Positions 13,023 to 26,136 of a stretch of 49,021 nucleotides of DNA are shown here, one piece after another. Origin of the DNA: Octopus bimaculoides (taxonomy: Eukaryota); contig NC_068983.1 in the NCBI RefSeq assembly GCF_001194135.2, positions 113,467,843 through 113,516,863 of the forward strand, read 5' to 3'. The notes below the pieces were generated by a model that was not told the origin of the DNA, searched no databases, and saw only the letters and a list, made by a program, of their open reading frames with translations. Position 1 is the stretch's first letter, and every line of letters starts with the position of its first letter. Both the position numbers and the translations under genes were made by a program.

Positions 13023-13172
13023 CAAGGCAGTGTGAAATTTCTAGGACATCTATAAAGAGAAAGATAGCCTTACAGCTGTTTCAGGGATATGAGGGATATC
13101 CCTCATATCCTTGAAACAGCTGTAAGACTACCTTTCTCTTTATAAATGCTGTAGAAATTTCGCACTGCCTTG
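13023..13172. repeat. 150-bp spacer-less palindrome (75-bp arms, 67/75 matching), centre 13097/13098
   Basis: The left arm is the reverse complement of the right arm with 8 mismatches. Each arm contains GAAACAGCTGTA, as in the hammerhead at 6210-6289. Confidence 0.95.
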
Positions 13173-13253
13173 TCTCACTTTTATCAACACACACACACAC
13201 ACACACACACATCTATCTATATATGTGTATGTGTGTGTGTACATAAGTATATA

Positions 13254-13286
<33 letters not shown>

Positions 13287-13301
13287 ACATATAGATAAAT
13301 G

Positions 13302-13357
<56 letters not shown>

Positions 13358-13840
13358 TAACATACCTCTAAACATGCATACATTCTGAATAGTATAAATT
13401 TTATTGTTTCCTTTAATACCAACTTAAGCTTCTAGTCATTGAGTTTATCTGAGTCAGAGAAAGAATGAATGTTTTATTACTAATCTAGTAATCATAGTTA
13501 TTCCACTTTTGCCTCGGCCATCAAATGAGATTTCATGCTTCGAGATTTAATGGCAGCTTTCTTTAGCAGCTGTTTCTTGACAGCAATAAAGAAGATTTGG
13601 TAAACAAGTATATATTTTATGGTCAGAGTGAATCAATAATATGATTAGAGAGAAATTGGAGATCTTATTCCGACATGTTATTTTAATTGAGTATCTGAGA
13701 TGTTATAATAATTCACTTTTGGCCTTATTGCTGACGGAATTATCTCCCTTACTAAATGAAAATATTATTCGTTCTAGATAATAGGTATAATCTATGGAAT
13801 AAACCACATGTATATTTATTTTATTCAGCTCTTTTCTCAG

Positions 13841-13897
13841 TTGTGCGAAGAGTAAAAATTGGTACCAATCCAATGATGTCTTAAACACACAAACCGG
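13841..13897 (+). other. Candidate 57-nt internal exon of an unidentified host transcript
   Basis: Acceptor TTTATTTTATTCAGCTCTTTTCTCAG and donor CGG|GTAAGT. One open frame (phase 2-2): CAKSKNWYQSNDVLNTQTG. No recognisable homology. Confidence 0.3.
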
Positions 13898-15289
13898 GTA
13901 AGTGTGACGCACTTCTATGCCTACCCCTACCTTTTGCCTTTAATTTGTATTTCGTTTCTACTTTCAATACACAAAATTATACAACTGACAGGCCATAAAA
14001 AGCTGTAACACTCTTCTGATGATACTTCCTTGTTCTGACTGACTAACTGATATTTAAAAAGACACACAAACCTTTATACATATACATATATTTGAAGAAT
14101 TTTATATATATGTTGTAGGCTGAGAGGGGAAACGGCAGCTGATGAAAAGTTAGAACAGAACAATAGTCCTAAGACATTATGAAGCAGGTATCAGAAAGGC
14201 TCTTAATATATAGTCTTTTGATGAGATTTTGGAGAGAAGCATTACTATTTCGAATTCAATAGATACAGTAACTATTTTAGAATTTGTATGTCTTAGATAG
14301 CACAATTGTAACCATCGATGTAAGTGCAGTCACATTAACGATATTCTTATTAAAAGTTTTAGGAAACTTATCATTTGTAAGAAATAGTTTACTCATTAGG
14401 ATTAAGAGAGAACTGATGATATTAAAACAGTCATTGCAATTAAATTATGGCTTACACCTTATAACCTTCCGTTTTCTCCTATTATTATGGTTAGCAATAT
14501 TCTGCTGGATATTTATTGCATTTTGACTAACAACTCTAATATTTAAGACTTCATTATAAAACTGAGTGGTCCAGTAAAATGCCTATTCGTCGCTAGTTAT
14601 ACAGAAAATCACCACATAAATTCGACAAAGTAACGGGGTTGATTAAAACCTTTGTAGATTTATTGTACAATTTTGCTACATTTTCTAACAGAGCTATCAG
14701 TGCCTGAAACTACATTCAGAATAATATCTAAACAATTTTATTATGCTAATATTGGCATTTACATTATTTGAAAACGAGCAAGATGTTAGAGTATAGTGAA
14801 GTTGCAAACAGTTGCTTCATCTAAACTAATGCTCTGAACATCAGCTAGTGCTTTGCCACTTCGCTGCCTTTAATATCCAGGAGAAACAAAATCTCAATTC
14901 CTAGCTAGATATATATGGGTGTTCGAAGTAAGTGCCACAGATTACAGCATCAACTGGGGAGTACGGGAAAGATACAAGTCTTACTTAATTGCAGTAGGAA
15001 GAACAGAATCTGCTCGACGGAGAAAACAATTACACTAAAGAAACCCTCTTCCCCACTGGATTGCTTCTGTTACGATCAGACAAATTCTAATGTAAAAGAA
15101 AGGGGTAAACTGCTGATCGCAACAACAGAAATTATTCAAACAGGGAAATTAATGTTCGAAGATTGAGATTATGTCCAGTCCTCAATTGTTTAAAGGTAGG
15201 TGGTGAACGGTCCGACCCGTATGCAGCTCCGTCTCTCGTTTTGGTACTATCCGCGCTAAGCTCCAGCTGTCTTCTCAACTCTCGTTTTT

Positions 15290-15455
15290 AACAGGAAGTA
15301 CGAGATTATCTGCCTTGCTCGGTAACAGGAAGTAAACGAGATTACCTGTCTCATTCCATGCTAACTTCCTGTATATATATTTGTTATCCATTTCACTTCT
15401 GCCAAAAGGTCGTTGACAAACGTTTATCTCGCCACCTTCGGAAAATATTGTAAGT
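15290..15455 (+). promoter_or_regulatory. Candidate ETS-site cluster or promoter with a possible non-coding first exon
   Basis: AACAGGAAGT at 15290 and 15324, each followed by (A)CGAGATTA(T/C)CTG. Inverted ACTTCCTGT at 15364, TATATA immediately after it, and donor TT|GTAAGT at 15450. Confidence 0.35.
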
Positions 15456-16122
15456 TCTCTCCCTTCATTATATTATAGGTATACATAACACTACCTAAAC
15501 TGCAAAACCGAAACTTTTCGATTCTACCCTCATGAACAGCGATTTGTACATGGATACGGGTAGAATGCACCATGAATATAAATACCCGTGCTTTCATCAT
15601 TAGTACTTCCCATCACTTTAATCTAAGAGTTCAATACAACGTTTGCCTCACTTAGTTTATTACATACGAACGCATACATACATACATACATACAAACATA
15701 TATACATACATACATACATGCACATACGATCTTAAGATTGACCCCCGTTCTCCATCCCTACATTTTCTGACCCCCTGCACACACATCAGCCACATCCCAC
15801 CCCCGCTCCAGCTCCAACTTCACTCTCCAAGCGTCTATCCCTTTAGCCGTGATACCACTGATGCTAATCAAAAGAATACAACTGTAATGGAAAAATTTCC
15901 CCTCTGAGCCCCTTCTCCCTCTGGTTTTTCGCCTTGTTCTCACAACATCCACAAACCGAATGAAACACTTCTTAACTTCTAGTAACAAAGAGATGTTGCC
16001 ATACTTTCCAAACCTGCACTTCCATTGAGATTGCAGAGATTATTTTCCCCTAACTCGTGAACGAATCTAATTAGTAATATCGGGTGAAATGGAATTATAA
16101 TACTGTATTACATACATATTAA

Positions 16123-16210
<88 letters not shown>

Positions 16211-17585
16211 CGGAGAGGGAGAGAAAGACCTAAGGAATCAGCGTACCACTACTCAGAGTTCATAGGTATCTGCATTGCTTCCAGAGGTAAAAAAAAATTA
16301 CTTGAGTTATCTATCTTGAGTATATACTTGACGTACTATCTATAAAAACTGACACGTCTTCCATCTATATCACTGGTAGTACTGATTTTATAGAAAGCAG
16401 CGTGATTTATCAAGTCTTGGTGGCCATTGACCTCACCATTACAAGCTAACCAACGTTCATTAGTGATTCATCATTCTTATTGTTTGAAACAGTTAAGTAC
16501 ACCATACTGTAATACCAAAGCAGTATTAAAGTGGTTGCACGACTTATTAAAAATAGCAGTTAAATTGCTCTCAAATTACAGTATATGAAGAATACTACGG
16601 ACTGAATGGTGTGGTTATGGTTATTCTCTTTGATTAAACAATAAAATCGTTATATGAAAACCTTTGACCATAGGCTCAATCATGGCTGATTGGATCTAAG
16701 TAACAATAACATATTTACTGCTAAGTAGAACATACTGTCCAAAAGTAAATGTAGAAAGTTACGAACTACATACCATTTCGAATGGATCTCCAATCTGACC
16801 ACTCGGAGGTAAAGTAGTTTATAACAAGATAACACAAGCGGTGATAATATTTTTCAAATATTTTGATGAGAAAAAAATGAATTGATAAAGCACAATGTTT
16901 TTGAGTATCGATTTGTTTGACGAAAGAAACTGATCAATGAAAATAGCCTATCGTTGTCATTTGACCAGCAGGCAAATTGCCTTCCCTTCAAAATAAATAC
17001 TTGAGACAGTGAGACAATCCGACATTGCTTCTTTGTAAGGAACCATTATTAAACCATGGCAAAAATGTCGAAAGATGTGGTAGTGTTCCAGACTAAATGT
17101 CTTATAGTTCTTAATTTCGTTCCTCACTATTTTCTGAGATTTAAACAGAGGTTAAAGAGATTTATCTTCCATTCATCCAGAAACGTCAAAATGCGCACTA
17201 TATATGCATTGGAAATAATTCAAGTCACTATGTATTCCTACTCAACAAACTGCTGACCTTACGACAAAGAAAATGAATCCTTATTAACTTAATAATCATT
17301 ATTACAGTTATTAAGAATGTGAAATGATAAAAAAAGGTGGAACACACATTTTATCATGTTATCATCAGTTTTCTGCGAGAGAAATTCGAATCAAGCAATC
17401 AATCCCATCTGCGTTTTGACGGTCGTTGACTGATAAGGTGCTTAATAGTAATTTATTGGGTACTGTACCAATGCAAACAGAATTTATACCCATTTGTGGC
17501 CTCGTGAAAATTTTAACCCAGGCGAATCCAAATACCCGATGGTGTTATGCACAAACAGATACACACTCACAGACACTCTCACGCA

Positions 17586-17651
<66 letters not shown>

Positions 17652-20600
17652 TGCGTGTGTGTAATTTTTCACTTAATGTTGCGAATTGTTCTTAAAGTGG
17701 AGTCAAATATTTTAATACGTTTACCAGCCAGATACCGCGTATCTATCAATTCAAATTAAATTCTGGCCGAAGACGTGTGGATGGTCTTGTATCAGAAAGC
17801 GTTTAATGTGGTGTGATTTAGATATATTTCCTTCTTACTACTAGAAGGATTATAGTTGATTGAGTCTGGATCGAATGTAGATAAGATTTTATTTAGGTGT
17901 AAAGAAATGTTAATTTTGGTAAGGCAAGGCATGTAAGTCAAAGATTGCAGGAAATCCTCTGTAATTTCATTTCATGTCGTTAGTACAATTATCACACTTC
18001 ATTAAATAACCTCTCCGTTACATTAAATAGGAATATCACTCAATATCATATTATCTTTTTTTTTTCCAAAATGTTCTAAATTGTGCCTACAGACGGAAGC
18101 AGTTTAAAATAAATATTGATTTCTTGCATTACAAGATACCCCAAATCTCTAGTAGAAGTGTTTTTTCGACCTAGTAACGATGAATGATAAAATCAGTATT
18201 ATCGGAACTTAATTTCAGAACATAAAAGAGACGTAATTGAATACAACAAGAATTTTAGTCTACCACTACAATTTACGCAATCCACCAACATATTAAACTT
18301 CCCGGGTCAGTCAGAAAGCAACGATGTTACACTTGCTAAAAATAACAGCCAAATTTTCTTCCAATTCTTCCTTCCCTTATAAGACGGAAGGGCATATTAG
18401 ATAATGTGCTCCATGTTACATTATACCCGAAAAAAAAAGAACAGAGAGATTAGTCAAAGTTGAAACGTCTTCGATCATGAATCTGCTTAATCAGGACTAC
18501 CCTGAGTTAGAATGATAAAAAAAAACAGCATCTACGTGACTGACATACTGTCGCAATCTCCTCTATGATGTTACTCAACTTGTTTCAAATAGCAGTGAAG
18601 ATCTTCGTCAAACTACGCACTACATCTTAAATAAGAAATGATCCATTTGGCTAACGTAGATTACTTGTTCTACATGGACAGATAGTCACATCCAAATCGC
18701 ATGTAATCATATATATGTTTATTCTGACAAGGCTGACTTCATTGATATAACCCGTATCCATTCCATATCAGTTGTTAGTTCCATTTCCGTATTCATTTCA
18801 TCCTAGTTAATCCCAGTGACCTTCATCATCGTGTTAGCAAAATGAAAAGGAAGCTATTCTTATTAATTTTGATAGTATGCTATATCAATCACTAGCCTTT
18901 CTAATGAAGAATTTCGATAGCCATTAAATTCGATAATCTTTTCCTGGAAATCTCAATCAATTACAAAAATCGAAAAGATGTCTTTTTCTTCTTAAGGTAT
19001 AGAAAATATTTTCGAGACGCTTAAAACTCCATAGAAATTCGTTACTTGTTTCATTCTTACACGAAGTGAATTGTAAACTTCTGGTAAAACTCAGATAAAA
19101 GAAAATATTGATTTTTTGATTATTCACAACGCCTTATTTCTATTTACATCGGATTCAGTATAGTCTCTCACCATTTAATTGTCTCTAAGATAATTTCATT
19201 TATCTGTAATACTTCATTTTATCTTTACATATTAATTTATTTATTTCTGGTAAATCATTATGTTGTTGCTAAGGACTGGCTTTCTTAATCAGACAGAAAT
19301 TTTTGTCATCACAATAGCTTTTGTGTAGTTTTTTTTTTTTTCTTTTTGAAGTAATTATATCAGTGTATACAAAAGTCGATTAAGTTATGCAAGTACATTA
19401 TTAATCTTTAATTAATGAAAATTTCACTTTCCAAACTTCTTGATTTCTGATTCTAAGATCATGAGGTCACCTTTCTCACAAGGTTGATCAATGGTTTCAG
19501 ACACATCGATATTGATGTGACCTGTTGACAATTTCTTGCCATAGTGAGCAAGATAAGATAGCAGAAAGAGAGGTATCGCCTTATTTATGGATTAACTAAA
19601 ACATTTGGTATAAACAACATGCTAGTTATTAATCACTGATTCTTCGACATCGAAATTTACATCGATTTCTGTTTTATCAATATATTCTAGTGTTTATGAA
19701 GTTTTCGTTACCCTCTCTTATTAACTACCATCACTGTCCATTGTCACATAATTTATCAATAAACTATTTCCTCCAAAGGTGCTCTTATTCAGCTTAAAAG
19801 TCAAAATAATTAACAGAAAATGCATAAACTTACAAATACTAGTTATGGTTAGGTTTTAAGATACAAGTATGTGCGTAAATTCTTAGAGATAGTGCCAAAT
19901 TCTATTTGCGTTCAAGTCCTCTTCTTTAGAGAAAGGAATTTGTTCAGCTAGAGCAGTAGATTGACAACATCGCTTGAGCGTCCGAAAAATACCGAGCGGC
20001 TTTTGTTCTTGCTAGTTATGTTCCATTACTTCTCGCGAAGGCCACCTTGGCTTTTCATCCTTTTCGAGCTCGTTAAAATAAAGTACCAGTGAAGTACTGG
20101 AGTTGATGTATTTGACTAACTCCTTTTAAAAAAAGATTGCTGATATTGTGCCTAAATCAGAAACAATTATTAAGAAAGCAGTTAATAACAATAAACATAA
20201 ATATATATTAAAAAAATTCAAAAAGAAAAATATTTCGCTTGTAGGTCGCGCAAGAATTAACTTTGTTAATCATACGTTTTAGGCCAGTTAATATCGTTAC
20301 ATGGTAGAGTGTGAATGGACAATTTTTGGAGTAAATGAGAGACTAATGTTTCATATCATGTCACTAGCATGTTAAATATAACAGTTGTTAATAATCTTAC
20401 CTCTTAAATATCTTAGCTCAAGTTGCATTACACTGATACCATATGGGTAGGAACAGTATCACTATAACCAAGGACAGTAATATCATAATTAGCGAATTCT
20501 CCTTTTGCTTGAATGCTCTCTAAGCTATAATCAACCTCAATAGTATAAACACTGACAACTATTCCGTTAACATTAACTAACCACAGTAGTATAAAATTAA

Positions 20601-21189
20601 TGAATACTCCGCTAGGGTTAATGCCTTGATAGCGTGAATGTTCATTTAGCTGTCACAAATTCAAGACTGTAAAGTTTCCTATGGATACAGCTAGGAACAG
20701 GCTTCTCCAAGTAAATCTATATGTTTAGACGCGTTACAAGCAAACAATATCTTCATGTGTACCTTCTATAATCGAATTAGAATTATTTCAGGGGTGGAGC
20801 AATCTTTTCCTAAATATGCCTTACAGTAACTGAGTTGCCAACTCTTGAGAACGTTATATTAGCGTTGCTATTTGATGGTTTTTACAAAACGGTATAAAGA
20901 CTCAAATTGTTAGAGGAGGGAAGAGGGTGTTTAACCGAAGATCATTAGTGCTGAAATAGCTTTACAAGTGTGAATCTAACCTTGTAAGACATTCACTTAC
21001 CAATTGAGAGATAGATGTCATTACTTTAATGACAGTCGCGCGTATAGTTTATCAGTTCACTCATATATATTGTGTTTAAACTCTTTTTTCAACTAGGGAA
21101 CATCTGTTCATGTAATATGTCGCATTGCTTAAGTAATAGAAATCAGTTCTCTCTTAACATATCATTAATCAGACAGGGTAACGAATGTT

Positions 21190-21460
21190 GTAGTACCAGA
21201 AAAGTTGGAAATCCAAAGGCATCTATTGCCAAGAATCAAATCCGCAAAGCTATCATACGATGAGCCACGAGTCATTGTTCAAGACCACCCTGTCAGGGAG
21301 CATGGTGAGGAAGAGTGTAGGAAACTGTCAAAGACGTTCATGAACTATCATCATCAAAGAATGAGCTGGAAAGAAGAGCCAGGATGGAGCAGACCTCTGG
21401 ACACAAAGAAGGCATCTATCAGATTCTGATGTGTTGTCATTGCAGTAATGTTGTATGTTA
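21190..21460 (+). mobile_element. Possible decayed Penelope-like fragment upstream of a GIY motif
   Basis: Broken frame ending ...GHKEGIYQI.. followed by Cys residues, resembling the GIY-YIG 'GxYxIxC' motif. Confidence 0.25.
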
Positions 21461-22850
21461 TACATAATTTTTAATTCAATTTGTTTTGAGTGTGTGGTAT
21501 TGTATTGAATGCGACGGCTGATTGTTTTTGATGGCCTTTCGTGTTGCAGATAAGAAGGGAGACTGTGGATTTACAAGGTGCTACTTTTCATCTGTTGCTT
21601 TACAACTAGACTTCAAAGAAATTGGTGTAGTGTTGTAGTCGTGCTGAGCCGTATCTGAAGATGAGAAATTATGTGACTTAATTGCAAGCTGCAAATGAGG
21701 CTATAATATGGTTATGTGGTTATGTGGCAAGGCTGTGTGGCACATTATTCGGGAATTTATATTCATAAGTTCTTCTATGTTTCATAGCAATGTAGGCCTG
21801 AGATGGAGATTGCAGCCAGTATTTTGTGATGTTTCTTGAGATATTTAGTATATTCTGTACAATCTGCAGTTGGAGAATAGCTGAAAGATTTGCTAATATT
21901 TTTACTAGTTAATGTGGTGTGTCTGATCAGAGTTTTGTGTTGTTGCTGAAGTCGTCTTGAACAAAGTTTACGTATAGTGTGGTAATTACTGAAGTGACCT
22001 AAAGCCTTGTTGTAAGTTAGAGAATGTAAGTGTTGTCACGAAGAAACTAGTTTTTATTTAGGATGCTCTTGGCATATCGATGAATATTTTGTGTGAAGCA
22101 GCTTCAGTTGCGTTTTTGTTTAGCATTAAAATTGTGATGTTTATTGCTTGTTTTCAGATTTTGTAAATTTGCCAATGTTGATATGATTCGATAATGACGT
22201 CGGTTAGTGCAATAACTTCTTTTGGCTAGAATGTTTTGAGTGTATGTTTTTGTTTATTTGTTTCTCGATTTCTTGGACCTCTCTCTGGCTTTCCTGGCAT
22301 CTGTTTGATAGAAAGAAGAAATAACATTGAAATATAGAAGTGGAAGGTACAGAACTTGCATTTTGTGTTTTTGTTTTGTTTGTGATGCTTTTGATGGCTG
22401 ATTTGGAAAACTGTTTGATACTAATTATTTTCTTGGTGATTTATAGAAATCGTCTGTGACGATTTATGGTTGCATAGAGATTTACAATGATGTTTTGTGG
22501 TTGATTTTTTTTTCTATTGCTTGCATATTGATTTGCTGTATGTCTTGTGGATGACAGGAAAATGTTAGCTTTCTGATTTTTTTGTGGGTGGGGGTTATTA
22601 TTCCCTACATTTTTTAAATATATTTTATCTTAACTGTTTACTTCCTTGATGTTGACTTGCATTTTCGGTAAATGCACTTTCATGCCAGGTCATCCCTGAT
22701 CTAACATACATGATCAAAACATTCCAGTAGTAACTATCTCACCATTTTTTTACGAGGAATCCATATCCACATTATCTAAGGCTTCTTTTTATGAGACGGT
22801 AGATTGTGTGTTGAAAGGGATGGACTCTGTTGCTATATCTAGTAAGTTTA
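21460..22850 (-). mobile_element. Heavily decayed non-LTR retroelement
   Basis: Strong A/C versus T/G strand bias. Minus-strand remnants occur in RT order: NLQQGFRS (QxGFR), NISKSF (SKAF-like), NNVPHS (GVPQG-like). Many stops. Confidence 0.35.
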
Positions 22851-22911
22851 GCGGCGACGTAGAGGCTTCTACAATGACTTATGTTTTTTTCTGTAGCGTC
22901 TAGTGTCAGTA

Positions 22912-23298
22912 ATGGAGGCGCAATGGCCCAGTGGTTAGGGCAGCGGACTCGCGGTCATAGGATCGCGGTTTCGATTCCCAGACCGGGCGTTGTGAGTGTT
23001 TATTGAGCGAAAACACCTAAAGCTCCACGAGGCTCCGGCAGGGGATGGTGGCGAACCCTGCTGTACTCTTTCACCACAACTTTCTCTCACTCTTACTTCC
23101 TGTTTCTGTTGTGCCTGTAATTCAAAGGGTCTGCCTTGTCACACTGTGTCACGCTGAATATCCCTGAGAACTACGTTAAGGGTACACGTGTCTGTGGAGT
23201 GCTCAGCCACTTGCACGTTAATTTCACGAGCAGGCTGTTCCGTTGATCGGATCGACTTGAACCCTCGTCGTCGTAAGCGACGGAGTGCCATCATCATC
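22912..23298 (+). mobile_element. Full-length young tRNA-derived SINE (family A) with (CAT)n tail
   Basis: 10-bp TSD AGTGTCAGTA at 22902-22911 and 23299-23308. The first ~215 nt differ from the 3923-4296 copy at one base. Confidence 0.92.
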
Positions 23299-23663
23299 AG
23301 TGTCAGTATGTCATATTTAAAGTTTGTCTTGATCTTTGATTTATGATTACATATCACTTACGCGATCGAAATTCTATTTTCTTCCATTGAGATATATTAA
23401 CAATTATTCTTTGTAAGAGACTTACTGGAGTAATTATAATGGTGAATGCGGTGTTAGATTCGATGAATCTTAATTCTGTTTCTCGGTGGAATTAGTTTTG
23501 CTTAACTTTTAAACTTCTTCGTTTTATTCATTGATAGTTTGTGGTTGAGTTATGATGATAATGGAGAAAGAAATTGTGTTCCAAGCAGTTGTTTTCGCTA
23601 AGTCTGTGAAGCAGAAAATGATATCTAGAAAGGGATTGCTGAAGTCAATATGGTCAGATATGT

Positions 23664-23874
23664 AAGGCGGTGAGCAGACAGAATCGTGAGCACGTCGGGC
23701 GAAATGACTAGCAGCAGTTCGTCCGCTTTACGTTCTGAATTCAAATTCCGCTTGGGTGACATTGCCTTTCATCCTTTCAGGATCGATAAAATAAGTCCCA
23801 GTTGAACACTATAACTGATGTAATTGATTTACCCTTCCCTTAACATTACTGGCCTTGTGCTAAAATTTGAAACT
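23664..23874 (+). mobile_element. tRNA-derived SINE (family B)
   Basis: B-box-like GAATTCAAATTCC, body GCCTTTCATCCTTTC...GATAAAATAAGT.CCAGTTGAACACT and 3' GGCCTTGTGCTAAAATTTGAAAC. These motifs are shared with other copies in the window. Confidence 0.85.
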
Positions 23875-24596
23875 AGTATGGTGAGATAAGTGGTTTGCTT
23901 ACAGCTTAAGGGGAGATTATGTGCGATGTTGTACCTACTGGTGTATAGTATTCTAATACCAGATATACTCTTTGCATTAACATTTCTATAATCAGGGTAT
24001 CTGGATAAATACTAAAATGCGTTTATTATGGAAGTCTAGTGTGTGGCATTATTCTATAGTAATGCCCTTATATAAATATAAATAAATAAATATATTCTTG
24101 GCAATAAAAAAATGATGGGTCTTTTTCCCTTATGAATTTTTTCACGCTAGCTTCTTGATAAAATTCTTGTAAAAGACTTTATCCTATTATTGAATTAATT
24201 AAATACTAAGATGTAGTTGGGTTATATAACCTAGTAGAGTATTTGGGGAGTTTGTTTATGGTATTTATATGTGCTTATTATACAAATTCATTTTATGGCG
24301 CTGTTTTTACTTTAAATGCTTGTGTTTCTCGTGTGTGTTGCACCCTCTATGTTTTAGGTGAGTAAATAGATGGCTTTTGAGTTTTTATAGTTTGAGGGCC
24401 TGGAAAAAGACGGGTCAAAATCGAGGTCCGACTGGAATATGAGTAATTTTCTTTTTGTCTAATAATGAACAATCTTTTTATTATATTTTTCTAAAAATGA
24501 CCGATAAAAGCGTTTCCTTGGAGATACAGTATGGCCACACCTTACTTGACTTTATTATACAAGGCAAAGTGGCGTGACTGTTGTTGTAGTAAATAT

Positions 24597-25200
24597 TGAT
24601 TTCAATTTTGGCGCAAGGCCAGCATTTACGGAGCAGAGGATAATTCGATTACACCGACTCCATTTCTCAACTGGTACTTATTTTATCAAAGCCCAAAAGG
24701 ATGAAACGTAAAGTCGATCTCGACAGAATTTGAACTTAGAACGCAAAGACAGACGAAATATCGCTAAGCATATTGCCCGGTGTTCTAACATTCCTGCCAA
24801 CTCGCTGACTTATTGTGGAGTTAAAATTGGTTTCAAATTTTGTCACAGGGCTAGCAATTTTGGGGGAAGGAATTAAATCGATTTCAGTGACACCAGTGCT
24901 CAACTGGTACTTACTTTGTCGACCCCGAAAAAATGAAAGGCAAATGCAGCTTCGGCGGAATTTGAACACAGAACGTAGGGACGGAAGAAATGTTATTAAT
25001 CATATTGACCAGCGTGTTAACAATTCTGCCAGCTGACCGCCTTAATTTTAATCAGCATTTATTTCGTAGTTTCGCCAGCAACTTTGGGGGAGCGAGTAAG
25101 TAGATTACATCGATCCACTTGTATTTTTATCGACCCCCAAAAAGGATGACGGGCGAAATAGATCTCCGCGGAATTTGAACTCAGAACGTAAAAACGGACG
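24597..25200 (-). mobile_element. Three adjacent same-orientation family B SINE copies (about 24597-24810, 24827-25045, and 25060-25200 partial)
   Basis: Each contains reverse-complemented family B motifs such as GAATTTGAAC..AGAACG and ACTGGTACTTA or GATCCACTTGTA. Confidence 0.8.
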
Positions 25201-25963
25201 AGTTGTAGTTAAAATTGATAGGGCTTTACTATTTGTCTTGTGGTTTGTGTTGGATATAAATGTTTGCAGACATTCTGGGGCTTCTTTGATTTATTTATTT
25301 ATTGTTAGTTGCTAGTTACTGAGCTCTGTCTTTCTTATGCGTGGTGTTTATATATCTTTTTTTCAGTTCGTCTGTGGTTTGTATTTGGCCGATTATTTCT
25401 ATTGTGTAATTAGGGTTTATTTTTAATATAGCCTCAATAGGATATGTATTTCAGATACTTCTATAATTATATTGTCTGTATTTACTAAAGCGGCTATATT
25501 GATGATTGAAGCATCATTTTTGCTTTTAAAATTCGGTAAAAGAATTTTTGCTTCCTTTATTGGCAAATGAATGAGTTCTGAGGATAATTAGTAGAAAGTC
25601 TGGGAAAAGCTGAAGGCTTATTTACCATCTCGTTCAAGTAGACGGGTGTGTGGAAGGGGAGTCTAGTATTATTTGAAAACCAAGAAGTGTTGAATGTTCT
25701 GAAGTCTCTCCTAATGATAGAGTTTGTGAGATTGTTAAAATGTTTAGGTGTGAAATATAACCCGCTTCGACGGTTGATGTGACCGGTGTGGTCTGTGTGT
25801 GTGTGTTTGTCTGTTCGTGTGTATGCGTATGTGTGTGTGTGTGTGTATGTGTGTGTGTGTGCGTGTGTGAGTGTGAGTGTGCGTGTGTTATTTGATATCC
25901 ATATTTTTGAATGCCAGTTTTCCTTTATAACATAATGCTACCACTGTTGTAACATTATTTGTC

Positions 25964-26040
25964 CAGTGGTTCTCAACCAGGGGTCCGCGGAATCTTGGTG
26001 GTCCGCAAAAGTAATACTGAGGGTCCGTGAACTAAATTCA
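25964..26040 (+). mobile_element. hAT (Charlie/Buster-type) terminal fragment
   Basis: CAGTGGTTCTCAACCAGGGGTCCGCGG is a typical Charlie/Buster TIR and subterminus. It is interrupted at about 26045. Confidence 0.65.
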
Positions 26041-26045
26041 AGATT

Positions 26046-26073
26046 TCATATATATGTATATATATAAATCCCG

Positions 26074-26136
<63 letters not shown>

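Noticed and set aside
22912-22990. tRNA gene call for SINE heads (also at 4220-4296 and 29846)
   Set aside because: No intact cloverleaf or acceptor stem, and the heads continue into SINE bodies with TSDs.
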